Assembly: GCA_002269645.1 (NCBI GenBank) | Contig: NIVC01000562.1 | Location: 1-64,000, forward strand | DNA from: Macrostomum lignano | Lineage: Eukaryota | Reading direction: 5' to 3' | Length of the DNA stretch: 64,000 nt | Program-made: the position numbers and the translations under genes | The notes under the pieces: generated by a model | What the model was told of the DNA's origin: nothing | The model's input: only the letters and a program-made list of their open reading frames with translations | Databases searched by the model: none | Shown here: positions 1-14,605 of the stretch, piece after piece | Layout: each line of letters opens with the position of its first letter | Numbering within the stretch: position 1 is the stretch's first letter

Positions 1-140
1 CACGGTCATTCACGCTCACACACGCATACATGTACGCTCACACACACGCTCACACTCTCAACACACCTCACACTCTCACACACGCTCACTCTCACACACG
101 CTCACACTCTCACACACGCTCACACACTTTCACACACACT
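1..140. repeat. degenerate (CA)n/(CACT)n microsatellite
   Basis: cacacacgctcacactct-type units seen directly. Confidence 0.85.
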
Positions 141-186
141 TTTGTGTACAAAAGTACAGCAAAATTAGCAAATTTAGGACACTCAC

Positions 187-318
187 TCTGCGACCTGCTA
201 GGATAGATGCCAAACCGATGGCAGCCTTTTGAATTCGTTGCACCAGAGGGCCGCCTCGGTCTGTCCGGGCCGCGCTGTCCAATTCGTAGCGATCGAATGC
301 CGCCCTGAGCTGCCTGGC
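187..318 (-). CDS. putative exon of an unidentified gene continuing off the left edge
   Basis: GC-rich island bounded by acceptor-like ctcgccag| and a GTGAGT donor (181-186 on minus). Two frames are open (QLRAAFDRYELDSAARTDRGGPLVQRIQKAAIGLASILAGR; AAQGGIRSLRIGQRG...). No homology recognised. Confidence 0.4.
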
Positions 319-709
319 GAGTTTATTTTAGTGTGTGTTGGTTTTTTTAAACTACTTATATGAATCAATAAATCAGTAGCTAAGTACGAATATAACATCA
401 AGAAGTTATTCTATTCTTACTGTAAAAACTTCGATTTCATCAATTGACACAGTCAATTGGCAATAAATGGGCAATTAGGTCCGTAGCTACTTTTAAAACT
501 TTAAAACAGTTTTAATTAACAAGCTAGGCGCAGTATAAGTGCACCGCTTGTTGACAGCGCGCCTGTCTCTGACATACAGTGCTGACAGTGGGCTTTTATA
601 ACAGAACTGAAAGTTTACGAATAAATAATTAAAAGGAATTGATGTATAATTAGAATAAATAATTAAAAGGAATTGATGTATAATTAGCTAACCTTATCAT
701 TTTGGTTTG

Positions 710-2200
710 ATTGGGAGGTGGAGGACCTGGGAGAGTGGTGGAGGATCTGGGAGGGTGGTGGAGGACCTGGGAGGGTGGTGGAGGATCTGGTAGGGTGGTG
801 AAGGATCTGGGAGGGTGGTGAAGGATCTGGAGGGTGGTGAAGGATCTGGGAGGGTGGTGAAGGATCTGGGAGGGTGGTGAAGGATCTGGGAGGGTGGTGA
901 AGGATCTGGGAGGGTGGTGGAGGATCTGGGAGGGTGGTGGAGGACCTGGAGGGTGGTGGAGGATCTGGTAGGGTGGTGAAGGATCTGGGAGGGTGGTGAA
1001 GGATCTGGGAGGTGGTGAAGGATCTGGAGGGTGGTGAAGGATCTGGGAGGGTGGTGAAGGATCTGGGAGGGTGGTGAAGGATCTGGTAAGGTGGTGAAGG
1101 ATCTGGGTGTGTGGAGGATCTGCAAAGGTGATGGAGGATTTGGGAGGGTAGTGAAGGATCTGGTAGGGTGGTGAAGGATCTGGGAGGGTAGTGAAGGATC
1201 TGGGAGGGTGGTGGAGGATCTGCAAAGGTGATGGAGGATCTGGGAGGGTAGTGAAGGATCTGGTAGGGTGGTGAAGGATCTGGGAGGGTAGTGAAGGATC
1301 TGGTAGGGTGGTGAAGGATCTGGGAGGGTGGTGGAGGATCTGCAAAGGTGATGGAGGATCTGGGAGGGTAGTGAAGGATCTGGTAGGGTGGTGAAGGATC
1401 TGGGAGGGTGGTGGAGGATCTGCAAAGGTGATGGAGGATCTGGAGGGTAGTGAAGGATCTGGTAGGGTGGTGAAGGATCTGGAGGGTAGTGAAGGATCTG
1501 GAGGGTGGTGGAGGATCTGCAAAGGTGATGGAGGATCTGGAGGTAGTGAAGGATCTGGTAGGGTGGTGAAGGATCTGGGAGGGTAGTGAAGGATCTGGTA
1601 GGGTGGTGAAGGATCTGGGAGGGTGGTGGAGGATCTGCAAAGGTGATGGAGGATCTGGGAGGGTAGTGAAGGATCTGGGAGGGTCGTGAAGGATCTGGTA
1701 GGGTGGTGGAGGATCTGGGAGGGTGGTGGAGGATCTGCAAAGGTGATGAAGGATCTGGGAGGGTAGTGAAGGATCTGGGAGGGTAGTGAAGGATCTGGTA
1801 GGGTCGTGAAGGATCTGGTAGGGTGGTGGAGGATCTGGGAGGGTGGTGGAGGATCTTCAAAGGTGATGGAGGATCTGGGAGGGTAGTGAAGGATCTGGGA
1901 GGGTAGTGAAGGATCTGGGAGGGTCGTGAAGGATCTGGTAGGGTGGTGGAGGATCTGGGAGGGTGGTGGAGGATCTGCAAAGGTGATGGAGGATCTGGGA
2001 GGGTAGTGAAGGATCTGGGAGGGTAGTGAAGGATCTGGTAGGGTCGTGAAGGATCTGGGAGGGTGGTGGAGGATCTGGGAGGGTGGTGGAGGATCTGCAA
2101 AGGTGATGGAGGATCTGGGAGGGTAGTGAAGGATCTGGAGGGTAGTGAAGGATCTGGGAGGGTAGTGAAGGATCTGGGAGGGTCGTGAAGGATCTGGTCC
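710..2200. repeat. minisatellite, ~20-bp unit GGGAGGGTGGTGAAGGATCT
   Basis: Tandem copies seen; explains spurious ORFs 650-2205. Confidence 0.95.
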
Positions 2201-2972
2201 TTCACTTAGCCAGCACTTAACTACTATTCGCTAAAAATTCACATATTTCTAATAAGCTAAATCTCTTTGCACAGAGACACATCCAGAAAAGAGATAGGCA
2301 GACACAGTGAATTGAAGCAAAATGTATTATTTCAGAAAATAGAACGTTGTTTTGTTAAAAGAACTTGCGCCTCTTCGCAGTTTATTTTATAGCGAATCAA
2401 TAGTGTATATAAAAAACAGTATAGTTATTGAACAAGGCTTAAGAAATAGTGTACATAAAAATCAAATCAATAAACTCTTTTTTCAGAGGCGGCACACATT
2501 GTATTTTACACTAGTAGTATTTATCACTAGGAATTTAGGACGGAACCGCAAAATATATTACTACTAGTAGATCAAACGAGGCGGAAAACCAAATAGGAAG
2601 GGAAGTTTAAGTAAGGTAGCCGAATAAAGAGTTGGAGTGAGAAGAATAGAGAAATAAAAAAGTTTTGCTACAGCTTTTAAAGTACACACAGTGAATTTCT
2701 CCAATCAGTTGCATACTCAATGGACCTCTCCCTTTTGGCCATAGACTATGAAGAGCAAGTCTTAAAAACAGCTTGATTCTCCTACTACTAAGATTGCCTA
2801 CTGAACAGTAGCAAGTAAAGAATATAAAGCTAATTTCTTTTAGTGTGTTAAAAGTTCAACTCACGCGAACTTTCCCAGTGCTTGAAGTGCGTTTAACAAT
2901 GAAAATCCTTAACTATAGCATAATTTTAGTCTCAATAAAACATCCCAGTCGAGATTCCTCCAGTTTCTCTAT

Positions 2973-5900
2973 TCATAGCAGCCGCATCAAGCTGCTAGGC
3001 GTGCCGGAGGCGGCGGCGGCGTTGCCCCCGTGTCCGGCGCCGCTAGTCGCTTTGCTGCCGGTGCCGCTGGAACGCATCCGGCCTCGACTGCCAGCGGCTG
3101 CGGCAGCGGCGGCTGCAGCCTCCGCCTCCTGCTGCTGCCGCTTCCTATTGAGCAAGTAGGCCTGATAAGCGCCAGGCGGCAGCGTCGCCGAGGCGTCCGT
3201 CCGTTTAGCGGCCGATTCGCGCACCTTGTCCTGAAAGGTCGGGATCTTCTGGCGCGGCCTAGGGATCAACTGCAGCGAGCCCGGCTTGCAATGGCTCGGC
3301 ACGCCGACCTCAGGCAGCGTATCGGCCGAAGCTGCCGTCTCCGCCGCCGGGCCTCGTCGTCATCGTCTGCATCGGCGATCTCGTCCAGTGGCACATCCTC
3401 CTCAGTGTGGTGCGTCACCGCCGTGTCCGGTCGACTGGCCGATCGCCGCTCGGCCGCCGTAGTCGGCAACCCGGCCACCGCCTCGGCCAGCAAGTCGCGC
3501 AGCCGACGCAGCAGACGTTCGCCGTCGGCCTCGCCGACAGGCATCTGCAGTGCCTGTTTGAGAATATCGGCTGCGGCGCTGACGCCGGCCCGGGCGGCCT
3601 CGTTCTCGGCTTCGGCTCTGCTGAGATCGTCCTCGGCGGCCCGTTTCAAGGACTCCTGCTCGTCCAGCTGTTGGGCCAGCGATTCGATCTCTTCGCGCTG
3701 CTCTTCTACCTATATAAATTTTAGATTATTGAGATTAGACACTGTACTCATTGTTGCACGCGTAATTGTTTTGTCTTCCTGTTAATTTATTGACTTTTTG
3801 CAGTGCTTTTTTGCGTGATCTCTACCCCACCACTCCCTTCATCTCTACCCCACCACTCCCTTCATCTCTCCACCACCACACTCCCTTCATCTCTACCCCA
3901 CCACTCCCTTCATCTCTACCCCACCACTCCCTTCATCTCTACCCCACCACTCCCTTCATCTCTACCCCACCACTCCCTTCATCCCTACTACACTGCTGCC
4001 TTAATCTTTACACCACCACTCCCTTCATCTCTACCCCACCACTCCTTCATCCCTACTACACTGCTGCCTTAATCTCTACACCACCACTCCCTTCATCCCT
4101 ACTACACTGCTGCCTTAATCTCTACACCACCACTCCCTTCATCTCTACCCCACCACTCCCTTCATCCCTACTACACTGCTGCCTTAATCTCGACACCACC
4201 ACTCCCTTCATCTCTACCCCACCACTCCCTTCATCCCTACTACACTGCTGCCTTAATCTCGACACCACCACTCCCTTCATCTCTACCCCACCACTCCCTT
4301 CATCCCTACTACACTACTGCCTTCATCTCTACTCCATCATTCCCTTTATCTCTACTCCACCACTCCCTTCATCTCTACTCCACCATTCCCTTCATCTCTA
4401 CTCCACCATTCCCTTCATCTCTAATCCACCAATCCCTTCATCTCTACTCCACCACTCCCTTCATCTCTACTCCATCATTCCCTTCGTCTCTACTCCACCA
4501 CTCCCTGTATCTCTACTCTACCACTCCCTTCATCTATCTGTCATACATCACTACCTGTGCATTCCTAATCAGAAGAATTCTCCCCCTCCGCACTTGAATT
4601 GCCCGGAAACAAGCAGCAACGAAGACTCAGAAAGACAAACAAGAAGCCCCGTAACCGCACCTGAACGCGCAGGTTTTCGCTCTCCCGTTCCATGGCTTCC
4701 ATTTCGGCCTCGCGTCGCTTGAACTCGTCAACAAGCAGGTCGAGCTCCTTCCGTTTCTGGCGCAGCATCAGTATGATGCGCTGGTGGCAGGCAAACTTAG
4801 TGGCCGACTCTTTCTGGCCGCGCTCCAGCTCCGCTATGCGACGGCGCTGCTCGCGAAGGCGCTTACGAATCTCCGCGTTCTCCTCCATCAGCTCCACCTG
4901 ATCACGGGTTGGTTGTATAATCTGTATTGTCTCTAACAAACCACAATAGGCTTAATTTAGGTTTAAAAATAGAAGTTAATAGCAATACACATAGCACCTT
5001 CACGCTGACTCCTGAGCACATTCAACAAGCTCGCCAATGCTGTACGCAGGCACGCACTCATACACACGCTCACACAGGGTGTACAACAGCTCTATCTATT
5101 CGTCAGACATGTACACTCTCTTGGCGGCTGGCCCTCATGGGCACGACAACCCATCGGCCAATTTTTGTGCACACGAGCCCCAAATGAACGCGTTTGCGCA
5201 CGGAATCGAACCAGGGCTCGTGATGCGAGAGTCAGACCCGTTTACCTCTGAGCTGCTCCTCCCCCAATACATCAATCATTTGAAATTTAATTTAAAAAGT
5301 TGCATATTTCATAGAGCTGCTAGCCTATTACAGCTTCATTTTGCACTCGCTTACGGTGCTTGTCTAGAGACATACTCAGCCGTGAACTAATAATAATAAC
5401 TGATTACACCTGCACTGACGGGCAGATTTGCAACTGGCAGCTCAGCCGCAGCTATTAATTGCGCAGCGCATCTGAAGGCTGCGTACCGATGTTCAGTCCA
5501 AGGATTGGGGGGTCGTCTCCATACACAGTCTCAACTACCCCAGCTAATGCTGGCACCCATTTTACAGCTGGGTGAACTGACCCACTAACTTGCTCACCTG
5601 TTTCTCAGACATCTTGAACATCTGCGATTGTATAGACACATTCTCTCGAATAGTTCGCTTAGTAGTTTCGGCCATTTGTTTGTTAGAAACTTTGCGAAAA
5701 TCCGCCGCCACGTGGTTAACTCGGGTCACCATGTCCTTTTTAAGCCGGTCTCTGTCCAGCTGGCGGGGTTAAACAAACAATCGTAGAATAAAATCACAAA
5801 TTTAAATGGAAAATTTGACATAAAAAGTAACAAAAAAATCAGTGATAATTTCCTACCAGATTTTTAGCGTGAATCCTCTGCTTAGCAGCCTCGTGATCCT

Positions 5901-6426
5901 CCAGCATCTTGTTAAACTCCTCAGTGAGCGCATTGTACCTGGCTATGATGACTTCGCGATCCCGTTTAAACTCTTCTAACGAGGCTAATTTGGTTGCGGC
6001 CAAGTTGTTCTCGCTGGTCAGCTGGTCCTTCATCTCCTGGAACTCGGTGCGAAGCCGCTGCAACAGCTGCTCCCATTCTTCTTTTTTCTGCTCCTTGAGC
6101 TGGCGCTGACCGGTGAGTCGGTCCTGCAGCTCGGCAATTTCGTCGTCCCTCTGCTCCATGGTCTTCTTGAGAAAGGCGACCGAGTCTTGGCGAGTCTTGC
6201 TGCTGTCCTCGAATGCGCTGAGCAGCTGGCTGTTCACCTGCTCGAGCTGGCGGTGCTTCTCCTGGTAGCGAGCGAGCCGGCGCTCCCAGTCCTGGATGTG
6301 CTCAAGCAGCTGCTCAAGCGACAACTCGTAGCTATAATCTGGCCCCTCCTCTTCTTCTTGCTCCTCGGCTTCGTCTTCTCGCTTGCCTTTGCTAGCCTTC
6401 TTGCCAGCTTTCTTCTTTGGCGGCAT
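2973..6426 (-). CDS. CFAP157: cilia- and flagella-associated protein 157 (coiled-coil)
   Basis: Exons 6426-5857, 5759-5598, 4897-4661 and 3709-2973, all GT-AG, phase 0. Motifs IQDWERRLARYQ, VAFLKKT, KDQLTSENNLAATKLASLEEF and LDRDRLKKDMVTRVNHVAADFRKV...ETTKRTIREN match CFAP157. C-terminal KPGSLQLIPRP needs a 1-bp correction at 3349-3351. Confidence 0.9.
3825..4530. repeat. minisatellite, ~23-bp unit CCACCACTCCCTTCATCTCTACC, in CFAP157 intron 3
   Basis: Tandem copies seen. Confidence 0.95.
4995..5265 (-). mobile_element. tRNA-derived SINE (family B)
   Basis: Minus strand begins GGGGAGGAGCAGCTCAGAGGTAAACGG...CCTGGTTCGATTCC (Pol III A and B boxes). Body (GTGTACATG...GCTGTT...CCTGTGTGAG...GCTCAGG..AGTC) resembles 25062-25400. 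Confidence 0.7.
5388..5581 (-). mobile_element. 5'-truncated CORE-type SINE (family A)
   Basis: Near-identical to parts of 26185-26750 (ccccagctaatgctggcacccattttacagctgggtgaactga; gcatctgaaggctgcgtac), with an (AAT)n tail. Confidence 0.8.
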
Positions 6427-6529
6427 CTTTTCTTTTCAAAGGCTGATTGACGTGCAGATAGTTGATTAATATTTGGTGGCTGACGAGCATGCAACAGGAG
6501 GTTAAGTGCTTTATGTTAATACGAGGGTG

Positions 6530-7180
6530 TCCATTCAGCGTGTGTCTCTTAGTATCTATCTATGTGTCCTAGCATCCGTCTATGTGTCCGTTTTAGTGTC
6601 TCTTAGTATCCATCCATGTGTCCTAGCATCCGTCTATGTGTCCGTTTTAGCGTGTCTTAGTATCCATCCATGTGTCCTAGCATCCGTCTATGCGTCCGTT
6701 TTAGTGTGTCTTAGTATCTATCCATCCATGTGTCCTAGCATCCGTCTATGTGTCCGTTTTAGTGTCTCTTAGTATCCATCCATGTGTCCTAGCATCCGTC
6801 TATGTGTCCGTTTTAGCGTGTCTTAGTATCCATCCATGTGTCCTAGCATCCGTCTATGCGTCCGTTTTAGTGTGTCTTAGTATCTATCCATCCATGTGTC
6901 CTAGCATCCGTCTATGCGTCCGTTTTAGTGTGTCTTAGTATCCATCCATGTGTCCTAGCATCCGTCTGTGTGTTTCAGTGTGTCTTAGTATCCATCCATG
7001 TGTCCTAGCATCCGTCTATGCGTCCGTTTTAGTGTGTCTTAGTATCTATCCATCCATGTGTCCTAGCATCCGTCTATGCGTCCGTTTTAGTGTGTCTTAG
7101 TATCCATCCATGTGTCCTAGCATCCGTCTGTGTGTTTCAGTGTGTCTTAGTATCCATCTGTGTCCTAGCATCCGTCTATA
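6530..7180. repeat. minisatellite, ~61-bp unit, upstream of CFAP157
   Basis: Tandem copies of tagtatccatccatgtgtcctagcatccgtctatgcgtccgttttagtgtgtct seen. Confidence 0.95.
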
Positions 7181-7428
7181 CACCGTTTGAAATAAAGCAG
7201 AAAGAAGACAACCGCAGAAGCAGAAGCCCAGCTGCAAGCCAACTACGCATCAGCTCTCATCTCATATCAAGCCGACGTTTGGGGGTGTTTCAAAAGTAAC
7301 GAGAATTTTGTTATAATCCATAAAAATAAAGACTTTCTGTGACAATATTTGCGTTCTCCGAGATTTTATTTGGTAATATTCAATAATATCCCGTAAAGTC
7401 TTTATGTCTATGGTTTATACGAGATTAC

Positions 7429-7832
7429 ACATGCCTTTTTCGGGAGTTATTTTCATAAATCCCTCGGGCCTCAGGCCCTCGTGATTTATACAAATAACTC
7501 CCTCAAAAGGCATGTTTAATCTGATACATAACTTTTGATGGGATGTACGTATGAACCTGAAATTTTCACCCAACAATATGAACAACTAAAAGCTTTATAT
7601 TTTAAGCCTTATATAGCTGCAAGCAACTGTGTAACCGTAAATGAAAATCCATGCCTCGAGATTGAAGATTACGATTTTTGTCTATGGCAAAAAGACTCAA
7701 AAAGTTTAAAATTTGAAGGCGTTTAAACTTCAAATTGTTTGAAGTTTAAACAATTTGAATTTAAACAATTAATGGTTGTTTAAACAATTTAAACAACCAT
7801 AGACAATTGCAAAAAGCAATTGTCTATGGTTG
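7429..7832. other. cluster of palindromes/hairpins
   Basis: Imperfect ~87-bp palindrome 7429-7515. Perfect stems 7722-7734/7738-7750, 7772-7784/7788-7800 and 7794-7810/7816-7832. Confidence 0.85.
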
Positions 7833-9140
7833 CTGAGTCTATGGAGCAAACACACATGGGAAGGAATCGGTTTGCGCGCAGTGTTCAGCCTGGCTAACAT
7901 TAGTCTATGGCCAAAACTTGTGTTGAAATCAACAGGCTCTTATGGATTCTTGTGCAGTCAACTTTCATGGGAGAGTCAATTGCTTGTTTGTCTTTTTCTC
8001 ACTTTTTTTCTCTAACCTTTATGTACATAACACTGGCCTGTTCACACGCGCTCCTTCGAATAAACTTTTTCTTGACCACATCATGGAGCTGAGATCCGCA
8101 GCTTTCATTTGAATCAAGTTACAATTGAAACGGACTGAAATTATGTCCGCTAGAAGACATAGTAGCAAGGGTTCCGGAACTTTTGACGGACAGTAGTTTC
8201 AGTGCATTATTGCAGTGTGTGAATTCTCATAAACGGTGATCACATCAGCTGCAAGCTGGAACCCGCACTCATCGGGGTCAGGCAATAATTCATTGGGTAA
8301 ACAATAGCGCTAAACTCTGTGCATGCAATCCCAAATACAGGAAAAGAGCCCGGCGTGGGCTACAGCATGTACATGTATACGCTTCACTGCCAATCCAGTT
8401 TTTTTCGGATAGAGAGGAGATGGGAAAGAGACTTTTGGTTGAGGCTTAATCGCTAGGCAAATATGCATACCTAATGTGTACCCACATCAGTACGGGCTTA
8501 ATTACCTAAATGTATGTACACTCAGTGTCGCTAACAGGAGGCAGTAATGCCGGATACAGAATACGAAACAATTCTGCATCAAACAGGTGCTTGCATATTA
8601 ATGGCAGTATCTACTAAATTGGGAAATAATTTTATACCTATATGTGCGAGGATAGATCAAATTGGATGAAACCTAATGTTGTTGCTAAGGGAAAATCTTG
8701 ATAATAATTGTGGTAGCTAGCGTGCAAGTGCACTACAAGAAATGCATATACGAGTATACGCCAGGTCGCGTACAGCAGAAGCTCAAGCCTATACGTAGGC
8801 AGTATTAAAATTGAAACACAGCAGCAGATAGGTATGAGAGGCTGAATGCAGCAACTGTAAACTAGCCAATGAACAACTGCCTGTATAGCCTCTAATTGCA
8901 TCTCACTGGCTGCCAAGCGCAGGGGAAGCTGCAGAAGAAACAAAGAGAGGAATGATAGCAGCATATAAGATATTTCTGCCAAGCTGTCCAACAGAGCGCC
9001 TGAAAACGCAGCAAGCGAACAGGACTAGTTCGTCAAACACTTCTTATTAACAATAGGAGCATTTGAAGCGGCTATAGCGAGTAGATTTCTAAGGCGAGAC
9101 TTAACTGTAACTAAAGAGCGCACAAGCCCCCAACGCAGCC

Positions 9141-11547
9141 ATGGCTGACAGTGACGCGCGTAAGTGGCTGCTCTGCTTCTTTTGCGTACCCATTTCTGTC
9201 ATAGTTTTCTTCTTTCAGTTCTTTTCAGTTCGTTCATTTCTAACTAATTTCTTTTGCTGCTAGTGATGATTGTGATGATACTTTTTTACATTAACGAACT
9301 TCAACGAACCACGGTCAACTTGTCATAGAGTTACGAAACAACACCTCCTATTCAACACAGAACTGAAGGCAGTATTCTCTTATTTTGATCGGGACGGCAC
9401 TGGCAAGCTGGATGTTAACGAGATTCAAGAGGTGCTTAACGCACTCGGACAGTGCATGACGCCAGACGAAATCAAGGAAATTATGCAGAAGGAGGACATT
9501 AATTGTAAGCTGAATTTATCAACTAATCTAGCACGATTTTGTCTGCCTTATAAACAATAAATTAAAAACCCACAGCTGACGGAGCAATGGACATCAAGGA
9601 GTTCATTTCGTTCTTCAAAAAATATGGCAAAGAAGCTAATAAAATAAGTCGGGAGATTCGCGACGCCTTCAAGGTAACGCTTTTATTCTTCTGTCAAATT
9701 GCTTAATAAAACGTGCCCATTGGCACGTTGGCAGCAAGTTTCAAAATAATCGAATTTTAAGGACGTCAAGATACGAGTATCAGCGATTCTTTCCGAAAAT
9801 CTGGACTTTCAAATACGCGATCTTTTTAATTTTTCGAGTTTAAAAAATTTAAACCAACGGTTTCCCGATCGTGCAAGTTGTCAATCATAGTACGCTCGTT
9901 TTTTTCTCTTTATCATTAGATTAACCGCCCTTCGTAACTTTTATGAAAAAAGCTTGATATTTTGTCTTGAAGACATTGGACAAAGTGCTTTGAATTCCGT
10001 ATGCCTTGAAATATGCTAGTACTTTATACAGCCGTTCTATTGATAGTCTTAATTCTATTAATCCACGTCTCACTACAGAAATTCGACAAGCAAGGTCGCG
10101 GCTACCTGACCCAGGCCGACTTGGAGAAGATTCTGACCCAGACTGGCGCATTTCCATTCAGCAAGGAGGAGGCCGAGATGTGCTTTAAAGCATTCGACAC
10201 CAACAAGGACGGCAAGATGGACTACGAAGGTAATAAATAATACGGATCGAACTTATGTTGTCAAACTAGGAAGGGTCTTCAGATAGTTTAAGATATTTCA
10301 AGTCCTTAGTATAACAAGAGTTATACCCCTCTAGTGGTGTCCCTCCGGTGTTAAACCCCTCTAGTGGTATGTCCCTCCAGCATTATACCCATCTAGTGGT
10401 ATGTCCCTCCAGCATTATACCCATCTAGTGGTATGTCCCTCCAGCATTATACCCATCTAGTGGTATGTCCCTCCAGCATTATACCCATCTAGTGGTATGT
10501 CCCTCCAGCATTATACCCATCTAGTGGTATGTCCCTCCAGCATTATACCCATCTAGTGGTATGTCCCTCCAGCATTATACCCATCTAGTGGTATGTCCCT
10601 CCAGCATTATACCCATCTAGTGGTATGTCCCTCCAGCATTATACCCATCTAGTGGTATGTCCCTCCAGCATTATACCCATCTAGTGGTATGTCCCTCCAG
10701 CATTATACCCATCTAGTGGTATGTCCCTCCAGCATTATACCCATCTAGTGGTATGTCCCTCCAGCATTATACCCATCTAGTGGTATGTCCCTCCAGCATT
10801 ATACCCATCTAGTGGTATGTCCCTCCAGCATTATACCCATCTAGTGGTATGTCCCTCCAGCATTATACCCATCTAGTGGTATGTCCCTCCAGCATTATAC
10901 CCATCTAGTGGTATGTCCCTCCAGCATTATACCCATCTAGTGGTGTGTACCTCCAGCATTATACCCATCTAGTGGTGTGTACCTCCGGTGTTATACCCCT
11001 CTAGTGGTGTGTCCCTCCGGTGTTATACCCCTCCAGTGTTATGCCCCTCCAGCATTATACCTCTCTAGTGGTATGTCCCTCCGGTGTTAAACCCCTCTAG
11101 TGGTATGTACCTCCGGTGTTATATCCCTCTAGTGGTATGTCCCTCTGGTGTTATACCCATCTAGTGGTATGTCCCTCCGGTGTTATACCCCTCTAGTGGT
11201 ATGTACCTCCGGTGTTATACCCCTCTAGTGGTATGTCCCTCTGGTGTTACACCCCTCTAGTGGTATGTCCCTCCGGTGTTATACCCCTCTAGTGGTATGT
11301 CCCTCCGGTGTTATACCCCTCTAGTGGTATGTACCTCCAGTGTTATGCCCCTCCAGTGTTATACTCATTCAGTGTTATACCCCAGCAGTGATATATCCTC
11401 CAGTTTTTCAGTGAGTAATGCTTTTTTAAAGAAATTCTAATAATTCTTTATACCCACAACCCAAACTATATTGTTGCAGAGTTTGCCAACTTCCTGTGTG
11501 CCATCTGCCCGAGCTTTGACGATCTGGAGAAGCTGAACAATAAGTGA
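9141..11547 (+). CDS. calmodulin-like EF-hand protein, 159 aa
   Basis: Exons 9141-9159, 9361-9504, 9576-9673, 10079-10229 and 11480-11547 splice in frame (480 nt). EF loops DRDGTGKLDVNE, DINSDGAMDIKE, DKQGRGYLTQAD, DTNKDGKMDYEE. Confidence 0.92.
10320..11390. repeat. minisatellite, 32-bp unit CCCTCCAGCATTATACCCATCTAGTGGTATGT, in intron 4
   Basis: Tandem copies seen. Confidence 0.95.
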
Positions 11548-12049
11548 AAAAGCGTGAATTCAATGACAGTAGAAATGAACCTATCAGTAACAGCCACGCC
11601 AGTTCAAAACTATTTTGACCTATACCATGCTAATCCAACACGTTTGCCTAAAAAAAGACCCTACCTAAACATTGGCTAATTTGCTTCTGTTAAAACATTT
11701 AAAATAAATAGATAAACAACAAAAGTAATAAAAACGCATTGTGACTACTGTTAGTAGTGCAAAATTCAAGATTTACTTTCTTTCAATTAACCACGCAAAA
11801 GGAAGAGCAACACTACAGGCAACAATGGGTTTGGTTACTTCACATGGCAATGACTAATAAACGTCAGGCTGCTATAAAAACTACTCAGCACCAAGTTAGT
11901 ACTGTTTAGTAGATAGAAGAGTTAATATAAAGCAATAAAATTCTAACAACCGGATTTAACAGATTTGCGACTGCAGATAAATTTGAAACGGGTCATGATT
12001 AGCAAGAAAAAATGCGTTATTACACACACACACACACACAGAGAGAGAA

Positions 12050-14605
<2,556 letters not shown>

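Noticed and set aside
650-2205. Long Pro/His-rich ORFs (290-502 aa)
   Set aside because: Translations of a stop-free 20-bp minisatellite, open in several frames
3340-3360. Programmed -1 ribosomal frameshift in CFAP157
   Set aside because: No X XXY YYZ slippery heptamer; a homopolymer indel is the simpler explanation
10320-11390. CRISPR-like appearance of the 32-bp repeats (also the 29-35-bp arrays elsewhere)
   Set aside because: Head-to-tail copies with no unique spacers, no cas genes, and a eukaryotic intronic context
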